A stretch of 64,000 bases of DNA from an uncultured Verrucomicrobiae bacterium (lineage in GTDB: Bacteria > Chlamydiota > Chlamydiia > Chlamydiales > Rhabdochlamydiaceae), in assembly GCA_963718565.1 (NCBI GenBank), contig OY970364.1, positions 1,856,001 through 1,920,000 on the forward strand, read 5' to 3'. Positions within the stretch are counted from its first letter, which is position 1. Each line of letters begins with the position of its first letter. Shown here piece after piece: positions 1 through 10,689 of the stretch. The notes below the pieces were generated by a model. The model made no database searches. It was given only the letters and a program-made list of their open reading frames with translations, and was not told where the DNA came from. The position numbers and the translations under genes are program-made.

Positions 1-1
1 A

Positions 2-136
2 GTGATTCATGAAATTACAAACGGTCCTTTTAACCCCAACGATTCTGATCCGGCGTTATTTGCTCCTTTAGAAAATGAAGGTAACTCTTTGGAGTACATA
101 AATTTTCTCAAACAAGTTGTGTTAAAGAATTCTTAA
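2..136 (+). CDS. 3' end of a WbuC-like cupin-fold protein (partial, runs off the left edge)
   Basis: Manual translation VIHEITNGPFNPNDSDPALFAPLENEG...KNS* resembles the WbuC C-terminus (HE..GPF.P....FAP.E); polysaccharide-cluster context. Confidence 0.5.
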   Translation: MIHEITNGPFNPNDSDPALFAPLENEGNSLEYINFLKQVVLKNS

Positions 137-153
137 CGATAAGACAGTCTCTA

Positions 154-1389
154 ATGCTGCAAAATCTGCAAAAATATTGGCATGTGAGGATCGTGCATTG
201 GCGCGAGTTCGGCACTTTCTGGTTTGTTTATCGAGCTTTGTTTAAATTATTAAAATTATCAACTGGGCTGTTGTTACAACCGCTAGCTTTAATTGCACAT
301 CTCATTGGATTCAGGAAAGCCAACATTTGCGAACGCCATATTGGACATTTGGCTGCTGAACCCGATTGTTTGCTTAAGTTAGTACAGGCCGGTCTTTTGC
401 CAAAAAGGCGTTATTTTTTTACTGTGTCTGCAAAAAAAATTGCAAATCCGTGTTTATTAGAATATTGGAACAATTATATTCCTATCATCAAGAATCCATT
501 TTTAAATTATTTGTTGTCAACTTCGTCTGCTTTTGGGCTAATGAAATTTGATGTGGGAGAGTTTATATTGACGGAGAGTTCCTCTGCCCGATACTATGAA
601 GTCTGTTCTCGTTGGGGTAATAAACAGCACATCCTTGCACTTTCCGATGCGCATCGCAAGTATGGACGCGAGAAACTCGCTCATTTAAAAGTACCCCCTG
701 GTGCTTGGTTTGTTTGTTTACATACCCGAGAGGGAGGATTCTCTCAAAAAGATGAAGCGATACATGCTTATCGCAATGCAGATATTCATCAATGTCGTTT
801 AGCAATTGAGACGATCAGCTCTTATGGCGGCTGGGTCATTCGCATGGGCGATTCAACGATGACCCCTATGAGTGGATTGCCTCATTTTGTCGACTACGCA
901 CATAGCAAAGAAAAATCAGATCGGATGGACGTATTTCTATGTGCTGAATGCAAATTATTTATCGGAAATACATCGGGATTGTTTTTAATGAGCACAGCTT
1001 TTGGCGTTCCTTGCGCTCTGGTCAATATGATCCCTTTTTCTGCGCCAGCCTTTGGGTCAAAGGATATTTACATTCCTAAGCTTTACCGAGATAGGAACAC
1101 CGGTAGGTATTTGAGGTTTCCAGAGATCTTTCAATCCCCCATGGCTAATTACAGAGATGTAAAGCGTTTTTTAGAAGCTGGGATAGAAGTAGAGGAAAAT
1201 TCGCCAGAAGATATCAATGCTTTGGTGATAGAAGCTTTAATGAGGCTAGAAAACCAATGGACTCCCTCGGCCGGTGACGAGGAAAGGCAGGCGAATTTTA
1301 AAAAATTATTCCGTAAAGAAGATTATGGTTATCATAGCCCATCGCGTATTGGATCTTCATTTTTGGCAAAGCACGAACATTTGATGTAA
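154..1389 (+). CDS. TIGR04372-family putative glycosyltransferase
   Basis: Motifs RHIGHLA, WFVCLHTREGGF, YRNADI, GGWVIRMGD, DYAHS, FIGNTSG; paralogous to 20055-21872. Confidence 0.8.
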   Translation: MLQNLQKYWHVRIVHWREFGTFWFVYRALFKLLKLSTGLLLQPLALIAHLIGFRKANICERHIGHLAAEPDCLLKLVQAGLLPKRRYFFTVSAKKIANPCLLEYWNNYIPIIKNPFLNYLLSTSSAFGLMKFDVGEFILTESSSARYYEVCSRWGNKQHILALSDAHRKYGREKLAHLKVPPGAWFVCLHTREGGFSQKDEAIHAYRNADIHQCRLAIETISSYGGWVIRMGDSTMTPMSGLPHFVDYAHSKEKSDRMDVFLCAECKLFIGNTSGLFLMSTAFGVPCALVNMIPFSAPAFGSKDIYIPKLYRDRNTGRYLRFPEIFQSPMANYRDVKRFLEAGIEVEENSPEDINALVIEALMRLENQWTPSAGDEERQANFKKLFRKEDYGYHSPSRIGSSFLAKHEHLM

Positions 1390-2609
1390 TGATGCGAGAA
1401 AGCATATCGGATATTTTGATTATAGGAGCAGGCATTATTGGACTTGCTACAGCGTATCAATTGAAGCAGCTTTTCCCTCAATTCCATGTGACGATTTTAG
1501 AGAAAGAAAAAAAGAGCGGGATGCACCAATCCACTCACAATAGCGGAGTGGTGCATTCGGGGATCTACTATAAGCCTGGTTCTTTGAAGGCGAAAAATTG
1601 CATGGAAGGAAGGAGTGCTCTTTTAGAGTTTTGTCGAGAGAATGAGATTACGCTTGAAAAATTAGGTAAGGTCATTATTGCGACGCAAGACAAAGAAATC
1701 CCCTTTCTTCTCGAATTAGAACAACGGGGCCGCACCAATGGCGTGAATGGCTTGAAACGCATCTCAAGAGAGCAGCTCAAGGAAATTGAACCTCATGCTA
1801 GAGGGATTCAAGCATTATGGGTCCCCGAATGCTACTCGATCCGATTTCAAGACGTGATCGAAAAACTTGCCTTTCATTTTATAAGCAAAGGGGGCGAGAT
1901 TTTTTTTGATCAAAAAGCCATTGCCATTAAGGCTGACAAAAATCGAGTAGTTGTAGAAACCTCTAGAGCTTCTCATACAGCTTCTTATTTGATCAATTGT
2001 GCAGGTCTTTTTTCGGACCGAATTGCTTCTCTTGTTCTTGGAAAAGGCCAAGTTCCCTTTCAAATCATTCCATTTAGAGGAGAATATTGGGAGCTTGTGC
2101 CATCAAAAAAAGATCTCGTGAGGGGACTGATTTATCCGGTGCCTGATCCCCGATTCCCTTTCCTGGGCGTGCACTTGAGCCGCATGGTCGATGGAAAGGT
2201 TCTTGCTGGGCCGAATGCCGTTCTCGCCTTAGCTCGCGAAGGATATAAAAAATCGCAATTTAACCTTGAAGATTTCTTCCAATATCTATGTTATCCAGGT
2301 TTTTGGAAAATGGCTGCGCGATATTGGGATGTAGGATGGCAAGAGGTTCAACGATCTTTGCGCAAAAAAGTGTTCGTCAAGCAAATCCAGCGCTTGCTTC
2401 CTCAAGTCGAAGAGCAAGACTTTATTGAAAGTTTTTCCGGCGTTCGTGCGCAAGCGATAAAAAAAGATGGGACCATCCTGGATGATTTTGCGATCCTGCA
2501 AAAGCATCATACGTTTCATGTTCTGAATGCGCCATCTCCCGCGGCGACTTCGTGTCTTTCGATCGCAAAATTCATTTGCGACCATTTTTCTAAAGCTTGC
2601 TTTGAATGA
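1389..2609 (+). CDS. lhgO: L-2-hydroxyglutarate oxidase-like FAD oxidoreductase
   Basis: GAGIIG FAD motif, HQSTHNSGVVHSGIYYKPGSLKA, YPVPDPRFPFLGVH, NAPSPAATS. Confidence 0.88.
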   Translation: MMRESISDILIIGAGIIGLATAYQLKQLFPQFHVTILEKEKKSGMHQSTHNSGVVHSGIYYKPGSLKAKNCMEGRSALLEFCRENEITLEKLGKVIIATQDKEIPFLLELEQRGRTNGVNGLKRISREQLKEIEPHARGIQALWVPECYSIRFQDVIEKLAFHFISKGGEIFFDQKAIAIKADKNRVVVETSRASHTASYLINCAGLFSDRIASLVLGKGQVPFQIIPFRGEYWELVPSKKDLVRGLIYPVPDPRFPFLGVHLSRMVDGKVLAGPNAVLALAREGYKKSQFNLEDFFQYLCYPGFWKMAARYWDVGWQEVQRSLRKKVFVKQIQRLLPQVEEQDFIESFSGVRAQAIKKDGTILDDFAILQKHHTFHVLNAPSPAATSCLSIAKFICDHFSKACFE

Positions 2610-2626
2610 TTAAAAAGTTGAATATA

Positions 2627-2648
2627 GAGGGAGTTTTGCAATTCCCTC
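2627..2648. repeat. Collapsed 22-bp copy of the GAGGG...CCCTC palindromic element
   Basis: GAGGGAGTTTTGCAATTCCCTC flanked by TATA/TATG; matches the right end of the copy at 25167-25348. Confidence 0.7.
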
Positions 2649-2689
2649 TATGTCATGGGCAATGGTGAAAGCGTCTATTTTGGAGATCT

Positions 2690-3640
2690 ATGAAATTTTT
2701 GGTTACAGGAGGCTGTGGATACAAGGGACATATTCTGGTTCCAAAACTATTAAAGCGCGGTGATGAGGTCGTTGTCTTCGATACGCAGTGGTTTGGAAAT
2801 TTTCTTGAAGAGCATCCTAAGTTGCAACTAGTCAGAGGAGATATTCGTCAAGTCAACAATATTCCGTTGGAGGGCGTTGATTGTATTATTCATTTAGCTT
2901 CCATTGCTAATGATCCCTGTGGAGATTTGAATCCGAAGCTGACTTGGGAAGTGAGCGCTCTTGCTACAATGCAGCTTGCGGAAAAAGCTAAACGGTTTGG
3001 CATTAAGCGTTTTATTTATGCTTCTTCTGGAAGCGTTTATGGAGTCAAAGAAGAGGAACAAGTCATCGAGGAGCTAGAGCTCGAGCCGATTTCGGAATAC
3101 AACAAAACAAAAATGGTTGCCGAACGCGTTTTATTAGGCTATGGCGATGACATGGCTGTACAAATTGTGCGTCCAGGAACTGTGTGCGGATATTCTCCGC
3201 GGATGCGTTTTGATGTGGCTGTCAATATGCTAGTGATGCAGGCCCTTTCAAAAGGGAAAATCACTGTCTTCGGCGGTGACCAGATCAGGCCTAATATTCA
3301 CATCGATGATATTACAGATGTTTATTTGCACCTGATCGATCATCCCGAGCATACAGGCATTTTTAACGCTGGATTTGAGAACATTTCGATTCTTGAAATT
3401 GCAAAACTTGTGACAAAATATGTCCCCGTAGAAATTGTCGTCACGCAATCTAATGACCCGAGATGTTATCGAGTGAATTCAGACAAGTTGTTGGCAACGG
3501 GCTTTCAGCCAAAGAAAAAAGTAGAAGACGCCATTCAAGAGATCATCGAAAAGCATCGGACAGGAAACTGCAAAGATGAAGAGCGGTTCTATAACCTAAA
3601 ATGGATGCAGCAAACTGTATTGAAAGGGGCTGTGTTATGA
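2690..3640 (+). CDS. NAD-dependent epimerase/dehydratase (extended SDR)
   Basis: TGGCGYKG, ASSGSVYG, YNKTK (YxxxK), RPNIHIDD. Confidence 0.88.
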   Translation: MKFLVTGGCGYKGHILVPKLLKRGDEVVVFDTQWFGNFLEEHPKLQLVRGDIRQVNNIPLEGVDCIIHLASIANDPCGDLNPKLTWEVSALATMQLAEKAKRFGIKRFIYASSGSVYGVKEEEQVIEELELEPISEYNKTKMVAERVLLGYGDDMAVQIVRPGTVCGYSPRMRFDVAVNMLVMQALSKGKITVFGGDQIRPNIHIDDITDVYLHLIDHPEHTGIFNAGFENISILEIAKLVTKYVPVEIVVTQSNDPRCYRVNSDKLLATGFQPKKKVEDAIQEIIEKHRTGNCKDEERFYNLKWMQQTVLKGAVL

Positions 3641-4278
3641 AAGAGGCTGAAATTCTGAAAAAATTTTGTGAAAATTATGCTGCGCGTTTGCAGACAATTC
3701 TTGAACAGACCACCTGGGAAAATGTTGCCCAGCTTGCATTAGATTTACATGCGTGTTGGCAAGATAACAGACAGGTCTTTCTTTGCGGCAACGGAGGAAG
3801 CGCTGCCAATGCTATTCATTTGGCAAATGACTACCTCTATGGAATTGCCAATTCTCCTGATCGCCTCGAGCATAAGGGAATGCGTGTGCAAGCTCTTACA
3901 GCTAACCCGGCAATCATCACATGTCTTGCCAATGACATCAATTATGAGCAGATTTTTTCCGAGCAATTGGCAGTTCAAGGCGAGCCGGGGGACCTGCTCA
4001 TCGTATTTTCAGGAAGCGGAAATTCCGCAAACATCCAAGCCGTGCTCAAACAGGCTAAAAAGATGGAGATAAGATCTTATGCCGTTTTGGGTTTTTCAGG
4101 AGGAGTCTGTAAGGCTATGGCCGATGTCGCTATCCATTTTCCCATCAATGATATGCAAATTTCTGAGGATATGCAGCTCATCGTAGGCCACATGCTCATG
4201 CAATGCCTTTATCATCATCAACCTCGCCAAAACATACCTCGTGGAACTTTTTATGCTGAAACTGCTAGTTATCGGTAG
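3637..4278 (+). CDS. SIS-domain sugar-phosphate isomerase (GmhA-like)
   Basis: CGNGGSAANAIHLAND, TCLAND, FSGSGNS, QISED; ATG at 3637 overlaps the upstream stop (ATGA). Confidence 0.85.
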   Translation: MKEAEILKKFCENYAARLQTILEQTTWENVAQLALDLHACWQDNRQVFLCGNGGSAANAIHLANDYLYGIANSPDRLEHKGMRVQALTANPAIITCLANDINYEQIFSEQLAVQGEPGDLLIVFSGSGNSANIQAVLKQAKKMEIRSYAVLGFSGGVCKAMADVAIHFPINDMQISEDMQLIVGHMLMQCLYHHQPRQNIPRGTFYAETASYR

Positions 4279-5245
4279 CAACTCATTTTCCGGAGCAAGT
4301 TTTGTCGACTTCGCTTTGTCGCAAAACGCTTGTGTCATGGGGATTAGCCGGTCTGAAGAACCAAGCAGCGCTTTTTTGCCCTATCAGTGGCGGGATGACC
4401 ATCGTCGTCATTTTACTTTTTACCAATGGGACCTTAATCACCATTTGACGGAGATCATGGCATGGATTCACAAGGCTAAACCTGAATACATTGTCAATTT
4501 CGCTGCGCAGAGCATGGTTGCCCAAAGTTGGGACCATCCCAAAGACTGGTTCATGACAAATACAGTATCAACGATAGAGTTTCATAATGCTTTGCGCAGA
4601 TGTGATTTTTTGAAAAGATATGTGCATGTCTCAACACCGGAAGTTTATGGAAGTTGTTCTGGCTTTGTGAAAGAGGATTATCCATTCAATCCCAGCACTC
4701 CCTATGCGGTATCGCGTGCAGCTGCAGATATGAGCTTGCGTGCTTTTCATGCTGCCTATCAATTCCCTGTCGCAATAACACGGGCAGCGAATGTCTACGG
4801 GCCTGGCCAGCAGCTCTATCGCATTATTCCTCGTACGGTTTTATTTATTTTATTAAAACGGAAAGTCCAATTGCACGGAGGTGGGGCCTCCACTCGTTCT
4901 TTTATTCATATGAAAGATGTTTCCGATGCGACTTGGCGTATCATGTTAAATGGCGCACATGGCCATACCTATCATATTTCGACAAGTGTTGTCATTTCGA
5001 TTCGAGAATTAGTAGAGCGCATTTGCAAAAAACTTAACATGCGATTTGAAGATCACGTCGAGATTGTAGGAGAGCGTCTTGGAAAAGATAGTGCCTATCA
5101 TCTAGATAGTTCCAAACTTCGCCATGAGCTTAGCTGGAGTGACCACATTTCTTTGGATCAAGGACTAGAAGAATGCATCGGTTGGGTTCAAAAGCACTTT
5201 GATGTTCTCAAGTTGCAAAATTACGATTACATTCACAAAAAATAG
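4253..5245 (+). CDS. NDP-sugar 4,6-dehydratase-like protein
   Basis: GSNSFSG, NFAAQSMV, HVSTPEVYG, PSTPYAVSR, NVYGPGQ; first ATG at 4253. Confidence 0.82.
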   Translation: MLKLLVIGSNSFSGASFVDFALSQNACVMGISRSEEPSSAFLPYQWRDDHRRHFTFYQWDLNHHLTEIMAWIHKAKPEYIVNFAAQSMVAQSWDHPKDWFMTNTVSTIEFHNALRRCDFLKRYVHVSTPEVYGSCSGFVKEDYPFNPSTPYAVSRAAADMSLRAFHAAYQFPVAITRAANVYGPGQQLYRIIPRTVLFILLKRKVQLHGGGASTRSFIHMKDVSDATWRIMLNGAHGHTYHISTSVVISIRELVERICKKLNMRFEDHVEIVGERLGKDSAYHLDSSKLRHELSWSDHISLDQGLEECIGWVQKHFDVLKLQNYDYIHKK

Positions 5246-6061
5246 ATGATGTCTAATACACTGGAAACGCTTGCGCGCGAGCTGCGAAAGCGCATCATAG
5301 AAACCTCTCATAGGGCCGAAATTCCACATCTGGGATCTTGCTTATCCTGTGCCGATATTTTAATCGCTCTTTATTTTTCTGTTCTTCGCATAGACCCTGC
5401 CCATCCTCGCGCAAAGGACCGTGATCGTTTTGTCTTAAGCAAAGGTCATGCTGCTCCCGCATTATTTCAGGTTTTAGCGATGAAGGGATTTTATCCCTTA
5501 GAATGGTTGGACACTTTTGGGAATGATGGAAGCGTATTTGCTGAACATCCCCCGGCACCCGAATGCTTACCAGGCATTGAAGCAGCCACAGGTTCATTGG
5601 GACACGGGCTCCCGATGGCATTAGGGATGGCGCTTTCAGCTCGCATTCTGCAAGAAAACTATAAGGTTTATGCCATCCTTAGTGATGGGGAGTGCAACGA
5701 AGGAGCGATTTGGGAAGCTGCTTTATTTGCCGCTGCGCAAAAAATGGACAATGTCTGCGCCATCATCGACTTTAACAAATGGCAGGCAACGGGAAGAAGC
5801 TGTGAAATTATGTCGCTGAATCCCTTAAGTGATAAATGGAGCGCTTTCGGATGGAATGTCTACGAAATCGATGGCCACGATATGAATGCCATCATCCAGA
5901 CATTGAGAAAATTTCCTGCAGAAAACCAAAAACCGACAGCAATCATTGCCCATACCATAAAAGGGAAAGGGGTTTCTTTTATGGAGGATAATAATCATTG
6001 GCATTATTGTATTCCGTCAGCAGAGCAAGTTGTTGCGGCAAAACAAGAATTGGGGGTCTAA
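5246..6061 (+). CDS. Transketolase-like protein, N-terminal (TPP-binding) subunit
   Basis: DRFVLSKGHA, TGSLGHGL, SDGECNEG, HTIKGKG. Confidence 0.9.
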   Translation: MMSNTLETLARELRKRIIETSHRAEIPHLGSCLSCADILIALYFSVLRIDPAHPRAKDRDRFVLSKGHAAPALFQVLAMKGFYPLEWLDTFGNDGSVFAEHPPAPECLPGIEAATGSLGHGLPMALGMALSARILQENYKVYAILSDGECNEGAIWEAALFAAAQKMDNVCAIIDFNKWQATGRSCEIMSLNPLSDKWSAFGWNVYEIDGHDMNAIIQTLRKFPAENQKPTAIIAHTIKGKGVSFMEDNNHWHYCIPSAEQVVAAKQELGV

Positions 6062-6064
6062 TGA

Positions 6065-6988
6065 ATGAGAAATGCTTTTGCTGAAGAATTAACAAATCTT
6101 GCCCGTGAAGATCAGCGCATTGTTTTGTTGTCAGGAGATATAGGCAACCGATTATTTGATCCATTCAAGCTTGACGTTAAAGATCGATTTTATAATTGCG
6201 GAGTGGCTGAAGCCAACATGATGGGTGTTGCTGCTGGCATGGCCTTGTCTGGTCTGCGTCCAGTCGTCTACACAATCACCCCCTTTACAACAACGCGTTG
6301 CTTCGAGCAAATCCGCGTCGATGTTTGCTATCATAGCGTCCCCGTGATCATCGTGGGAACAGGCTCAGGGCTTTCTTATGCAGAACTCGGACCCACGCAC
6401 CACTCCTTGGAAGACATGGCCCTTTTACGCACCCTGCCAGGGATGCGCGTCATAGCACCCTGCGATTCTGCGGAGATGCGCGCTGCTCTGCGAGCGGCAG
6501 TCAGAGAAAATCACCCTGTTTACATGCGTATTGGCAAAAAAGGCGAACCCAAAATTTATCAACAATCTCCTTCAGTAGAAATCGGAAAGGTAAATATTTT
6601 GCGAGAAGGAAAAGATATCGCGCTTTTAGGTGCAGGCACAATCATGCCCGAAGTGCTCAAGGCTGCAGATATTTTATCTTCGCATCATGTTTCAGCCGAG
6701 GTCGTCAGCTTTCACACGATTAAGCCTCTTGATACAAAATTTTTAATGGCCGCAGCTTTACGCTTCAAACTTTTTGCTGTTGTTGAAGAACATGGGGTGA
6801 TTGGCGGACTGGGCAGTGCGATCGCAGAATGGCGAACGCATCAGAATGTTATGACTCCGCAAATCAATTTTGGGACACCCGATGCATTTATGCATGAGTC
6901 GGGAAGCCAAGAATACGCGCGGAACAAGTTTGGGCTTTATGGTGAAAACATTGCGAAAAAAATCATCGAGAGACTACTTGAAAAATGA
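6065..6988 (+). CDS. Transketolase-like protein, C-terminal subunit
   Basis: NCGVAEANM, RCFEQIRVD, GPTHHSLED, VEEHGVIGGLGS. Confidence 0.9.
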   Translation: MRNAFAEELTNLAREDQRIVLLSGDIGNRLFDPFKLDVKDRFYNCGVAEANMMGVAAGMALSGLRPVVYTITPFTTTRCFEQIRVDVCYHSVPVIIVGTGSGLSYAELGPTHHSLEDMALLRTLPGMRVIAPCDSAEMRAALRAAVRENHPVYMRIGKKGEPKIYQQSPSVEIGKVNILREGKDIALLGAGTIMPEVLKAADILSSHHVSAEVVSFHTIKPLDTKFLMAAALRFKLFAVVEEHGVIGGLGSAIAEWRTHQNVMTPQINFGTPDAFMHESGSQEYARNKFGLYGENIAKKIIERLLEK

Positions 6989-7593
6989 AAATTGGATTGG
7001 ACTTTGATAATACCATTGTGAGTTACGATACAGTTTTTCGCGACGTCGCCGTAGAATGGAAGGCTATCCCCAAAGAAACTCCTGCCAGCAAAGTTTTCAT
7101 TCGCGATTTTTTAAAAAGGGCTGGCAAAGAGGACATGTGGACTGAAATGCAAGGTTATGTTTACGGAATGCGCATGGACGATGCACAAGTTTATCCCGGT
7201 TTTAAAGAGTTCATGGGCCGAATAAAAAATGCTGGACACGCAGTCGCGATCATTAGTCATAAGACTTTGCATCCATTCTTGGGGCCCAAGTATGACCTTC
7301 ATGCATCAGCACGACAATGGATTGAAAAGGAGCTTTGTTTAGAAGGGAGGCCATTTTTTGATAGGGACACTGTTTTTTTTGAACCCACGAAGGAAAAAAA
7401 ACTCGCGCGCATCGCCAATTTTGGATGCGATATTTTTATCGATGATCTTCCGGAACTGATTTCTTCCCCTCTTTTTCCCAAGAGGACTTCAGCAATTTTA
7501 TTCGATCCCGAAAAGGCTCATCACGCATTTTCTGTCCCCCAGGCCAAAGTCCTTTCTTCATGGTCTGAAATCCAAGGGGAATTATGTCCGTAA
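6985..7593 (+). CDS. HAD-superfamily hydrolase-like protein
   Basis: N-terminal IGLDFDNT (DxDxT) and FIDDLPE motifs. Confidence 0.75.
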   Translation: MKIGLDFDNTIVSYDTVFRDVAVEWKAIPKETPASKVFIRDFLKRAGKEDMWTEMQGYVYGMRMDDAQVYPGFKEFMGRIKNAGHAVAIISHKTLHPFLGPKYDLHASARQWIEKELCLEGRPFFDRDTVFFEPTKEKKLARIANFGCDIFIDDLPELISSPLFPKRTSAILFDPEKAHHAFSVPQAKVLSSWSEIQGELCP

Positions 7594-8672
7594 GCCAAGA
7601 AATCATTGTGCAAATTGTCGATTTGCTCTCTCAAGCGAATATCTCTCAGGAAAACCTAATAATCGAACGCTGTGCCCTAGGGGGCAATAATCGTACTTTT
7701 CGAGTCGAAACAAGTGATGGTGTTTTCGCCGCGAAGAAATATTTTAATCACAGTATGGACAGCCGCGACCGTTTATCCGCGGAATTTTCCTTTCTTTCTT
7801 ATGCCGAGAAAGTGGCCAATGGAATGGTGCCAAAGCCCTATGTCCAAAATTCGGAACACAAAATCGCCCTATATGAATTTATTCAAGGGCGACAATTTCA
7901 GCCCAATGAGATTACCGAGAAGGAAATGGAAGAAGCCATTCATTTCTTCCGTCTATTAAACGATACGGGATCTCGAGCGCAAGCTTCACTTGGAAAAGCT
8001 TCTGAAGCCTGTTTTTCTGTTCAAGAGCATCTTGACCTTGTTATTGCACGAATCAAGCAATTACAGAAAATTTCTCCGGACAACGAAGAAATGCAGGCTG
8101 CGAAAAATTATGCAGGAAAACTCAGTGATTATTTGTTAGGCTTGATAGAGGAGATCTATTCTTTTTCTCGTAATGAAGGAATTGACTTGGACTCTCCATT
8201 GAAACCCGAGCAATGCTGCATCTCCCCATCCGATTTTGGCTTTCATAACGCCTTGAAGCTTGCGAGTGGAGGCATCTGCTTTTTAGATTTTGAATATGCT
8301 GGATGGGACGATCCTTGCAAAATGGTCGGTGATTTTTTTGCCCAGATCGCTGTCCCTGTGCCTGAAAGGTTTTTTGAACCTTTTGTCCAGAAGACGATGT
8401 CGCTGTTTCCTCAGTCTGAAAAATTGATCCTTTGCGCAAAAATTTCAAGGCCCGTTTATCAAGTCAAATGGTGCTGCATTGCGCTCAATGTTTTCTTGCC
8501 CCAGCATTTGGAAAGACGAAAATTTGCCAATGATCAAGTGAACGTGTCCGATTTGCTGCGCTCTCAACTCAAAAAGGTGGAACATCTGCTTTCAGATCTA
8601 GATAAGAGATCTTGCATAACCTCATTCAATCGTGCTGGCGTTGTAGTAGGGGCTTGTAACAGAATCCATTGA
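7584..8672 (+). CDS. APH/choline-kinase-like phosphotransferase
   Basis: GGNNR loop, SPSDFGFHN, FLDFEYAGWDDP; the C-terminus may read into the adjacent IS remnant. Confidence 0.75.
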   Translation: MSVSQEIIVQIVDLLSQANISQENLIIERCALGGNNRTFRVETSDGVFAAKKYFNHSMDSRDRLSAEFSFLSYAEKVANGMVPKPYVQNSEHKIALYEFIQGRQFQPNEITEKEMEEAIHFFRLLNDTGSRAQASLGKASEACFSVQEHLDLVIARIKQLQKISPDNEEMQAAKNYAGKLSDYLLGLIEEIYSFSRNEGIDLDSPLKPEQCCISPSDFGFHNALKLASGGICFLDFEYAGWDDPCKMVGDFFAQIAVPVPERFFEPFVQKTMSLFPQSEKLILCAKISRPVYQVKWCCIALNVFLPQHLERRKFANDQVNVSDLLRSQLKKVEHLLSDLDKRSCITSFNRAGVVVGACNRIH

Positions 8673-9154
8673 ACTTATTCAAACCTGATTATATATTATC
8701 AGAATGAACAAGTTTTTAAGCATTCAGGAAGCAGCAAAATGTTTGGGAGTTTCTCCACAAACACTCCGCCGATTTTGGCCAACCTTCAAAAGGCATTACT
8801 AAACCAATGCAACGAGCGATGAATAACCGATCTTTGACCGGACGTTGGAAAAACACCCTCTCCTGGGTAGCTCGAAAATCGGGGAAAACCTTTATTGAAT
8901 TCGACGAGAAAGGGACAACCCGGACCTGTAGCCACTGCCTGCGGATTGAAGAGCGGGGAATCCCTGTCTCATTGAGACAATGGCAATGTCCACAGTGCAA
9001 GACCGTTCACATTCGCGACGAGAATGCCGCAATTAACGGCTTGAGAAAGATCTTGCGAGATCTTTCAGCAAAAAATGAAGGAGGATATCCTTCAATAGTG
9101 TCTGGCTCAGACCTCGCTTTTATCCAAATAATTGAAGCGAGGCCGCATGAATGA
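8650..9154 (+). mobile_element. IS607-family remnant: 5' stub of tnpA (MerR-type HTH) joined by deletion to the 3' end of tnpB (zinc ribbon)
   Basis: ATG at 8704 gives MNKFLSIQEAAKCLGVSPQTLRRF; 8807-9154 gives TTRTCSHC...WQCPQC..HIRDENAAIN. Boundaries are approximate. Confidence 0.75.
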
Positions 9155-10685
9155 GAACAATTATGTTCATATTGGGAAATTAGCCATTCATCGGTCAAAA
9201 GCCCTTATTTGCATTGTTTATATTTTAATCATGCTCTTGTTTGTCAATGGATTATTCCAGAATCTCGATAAGTCTGTTGACAATCGTATAAAATTCCATG
9301 CAGTTCCTATTGCCATTTCGACCCTTTACCAAGGACATAAACACGATTATCGCGGTTGGCGTTCAACTGAAATTCCATTTCAAAACCTCAATCGGGAATT
9401 ATCCGATGAATTAATTTTCGAGCAAATTCAAACTCCGATAGATAAGAAACAAGGACATTATTATTGGGTTGCGGATGATCGGGGCTATGCAGATTATATC
9501 ATCGCTGCATTTGCTATATTTGGCCCTCATATGAAAAGTTTATATCACTTCTGGTTTGTGATTTTCTTGGTATCGGTGACGTTATTTGTATTCGCTTTCC
9601 ATAGACAAATTTGGGCAATGGCTTTTTTGGCATTATTGCTTCTCGGCATTCACTCTGCATCTATGCTTTTAAAACTTGTCCCTATTTCAGTTGCTATTTA
9701 TGAGCCGAGATATCTTGAAGTTCTCACTTTAGTCTCTATGTGTCACATGATATTTTTTGCAGTATTGTTTGATAAAAAAGATATCAGGAGTCAATTTTTT
9801 GGATTATCAGGACAGTTGTTGATATTTGCTTTTTTATATCATGCGAGATCCTCTCTCGGATGGGAAATCGTGGCTGTCATCGGAATTTCTTCTGGCTTAA
9901 TTATATTGAGGAAAAATTGGAATAGAATAGCATCTGCCTTTACGGTCGTTGGATCATTAGTCTGTACTTTGGTCTTGCTAATCAGTTACAAGCACGCAAC
10001 CTATCACAAGAGCTACTTTGAGGACATGGGCGCAAGAACATTTTGGCATAATGCTATTATGGGATTGAAATTAAAATCTTTACCAAAAAATATGCTCGGT
10101 GATCACTATGTTGCAACATTTGTGATTCAGCATGCTAAGGATTCGAAGCAATGCATGTCATGTATCGAAAATCTTGAACCTCAAGAATTGTTGAACACTT
10201 TAGGAAATTGGGGCGCAGCAGATTGGATAGCTTATGAAAACTGCGCAAGACATTTCTTTTTTTCCATGGTATCACGATATAAATGGGAAACATTGCGCCT
10301 GTATTTATTCAAAAAACCCTTTCAAGTTTTGATCGATTTAGGATCTGCTAAAACAGATCTTTATCAGGACGAGAAGAAGGAACTTACTCCAAAAACATCT
10401 TTGCCATGGAATCCATTTCATTTGTTTTATTTAATGATGTTTGGTTTTATATCATTTTTTTCTGTTCAATCTATTTATCTTTATCGACGCCAACTCTTAG
10501 GAATTACACTCGTTGTGTTTGTGACCGGCATGATTCCATCAGTATGTTTCTATTCTGATATTTTAACGCGCGGTGGACTGTCTGCCACGATGTTAATTTT
10601 GCTATACCTTATGATCGCCATCTGCTGGACCAAAATGTATCATTGGATCAAGAGAATACGCCAAACAATGACTATACCGAAATGA
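9147..10685 (+). CDS. Polytopic membrane protein, possibly a GT-C-type glycosyltransferase or modifier
   Basis: Many hydrophobic segments, two large loops, acidic ADDRGY motif in the first loop; ATG at 9147 after GAGG. Confidence 0.55.
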   Translation: MNENNYVHIGKLAIHRSKALICIVYILIMLLFVNGLFQNLDKSVDNRIKFHAVPIAISTLYQGHKHDYRGWRSTEIPFQNLNRELSDELIFEQIQTPIDKKQGHYYWVADDRGYADYIIAAFAIFGPHMKSLYHFWFVIFLVSVTLFVFAFHRQIWAMAFLALLLLGIHSASMLLKLVPISVAIYEPRYLEVLTLVSMCHMIFFAVLFDKKDIRSQFFGLSGQLLIFAFLYHARSSLGWEIVAVIGISSGLIILRKNWNRIASAFTVVGSLVCTLVLLISYKHATYHKSYFEDMGARTFWHNAIMGLKLKSLPKNMLGDHYVATFVIQHAKDSKQCMSCIENLEPQELLNTLGNWGAADWIAYENCARHFFFSMVSRYKWETLRLYLFKKPFQVLIDLGSAKTDLYQDEKKELTPKTSLPWNPFHLFYLMMFGFISFFSVQSIYLYRRQLLGITLVVFVTGMIPSVCFYSDILTRGGLSATMLILLYLMIAICWTKMYHWIKRIRQTMTIPK

Positions 10686-10689
10686 ACTC

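Noticed and set aside
8807..9154. Functional TnpB/Cas12-like nuclease
   Set aside because: Only the C-terminal ~115 aa remain; the upstream catalytic regions are deleted.
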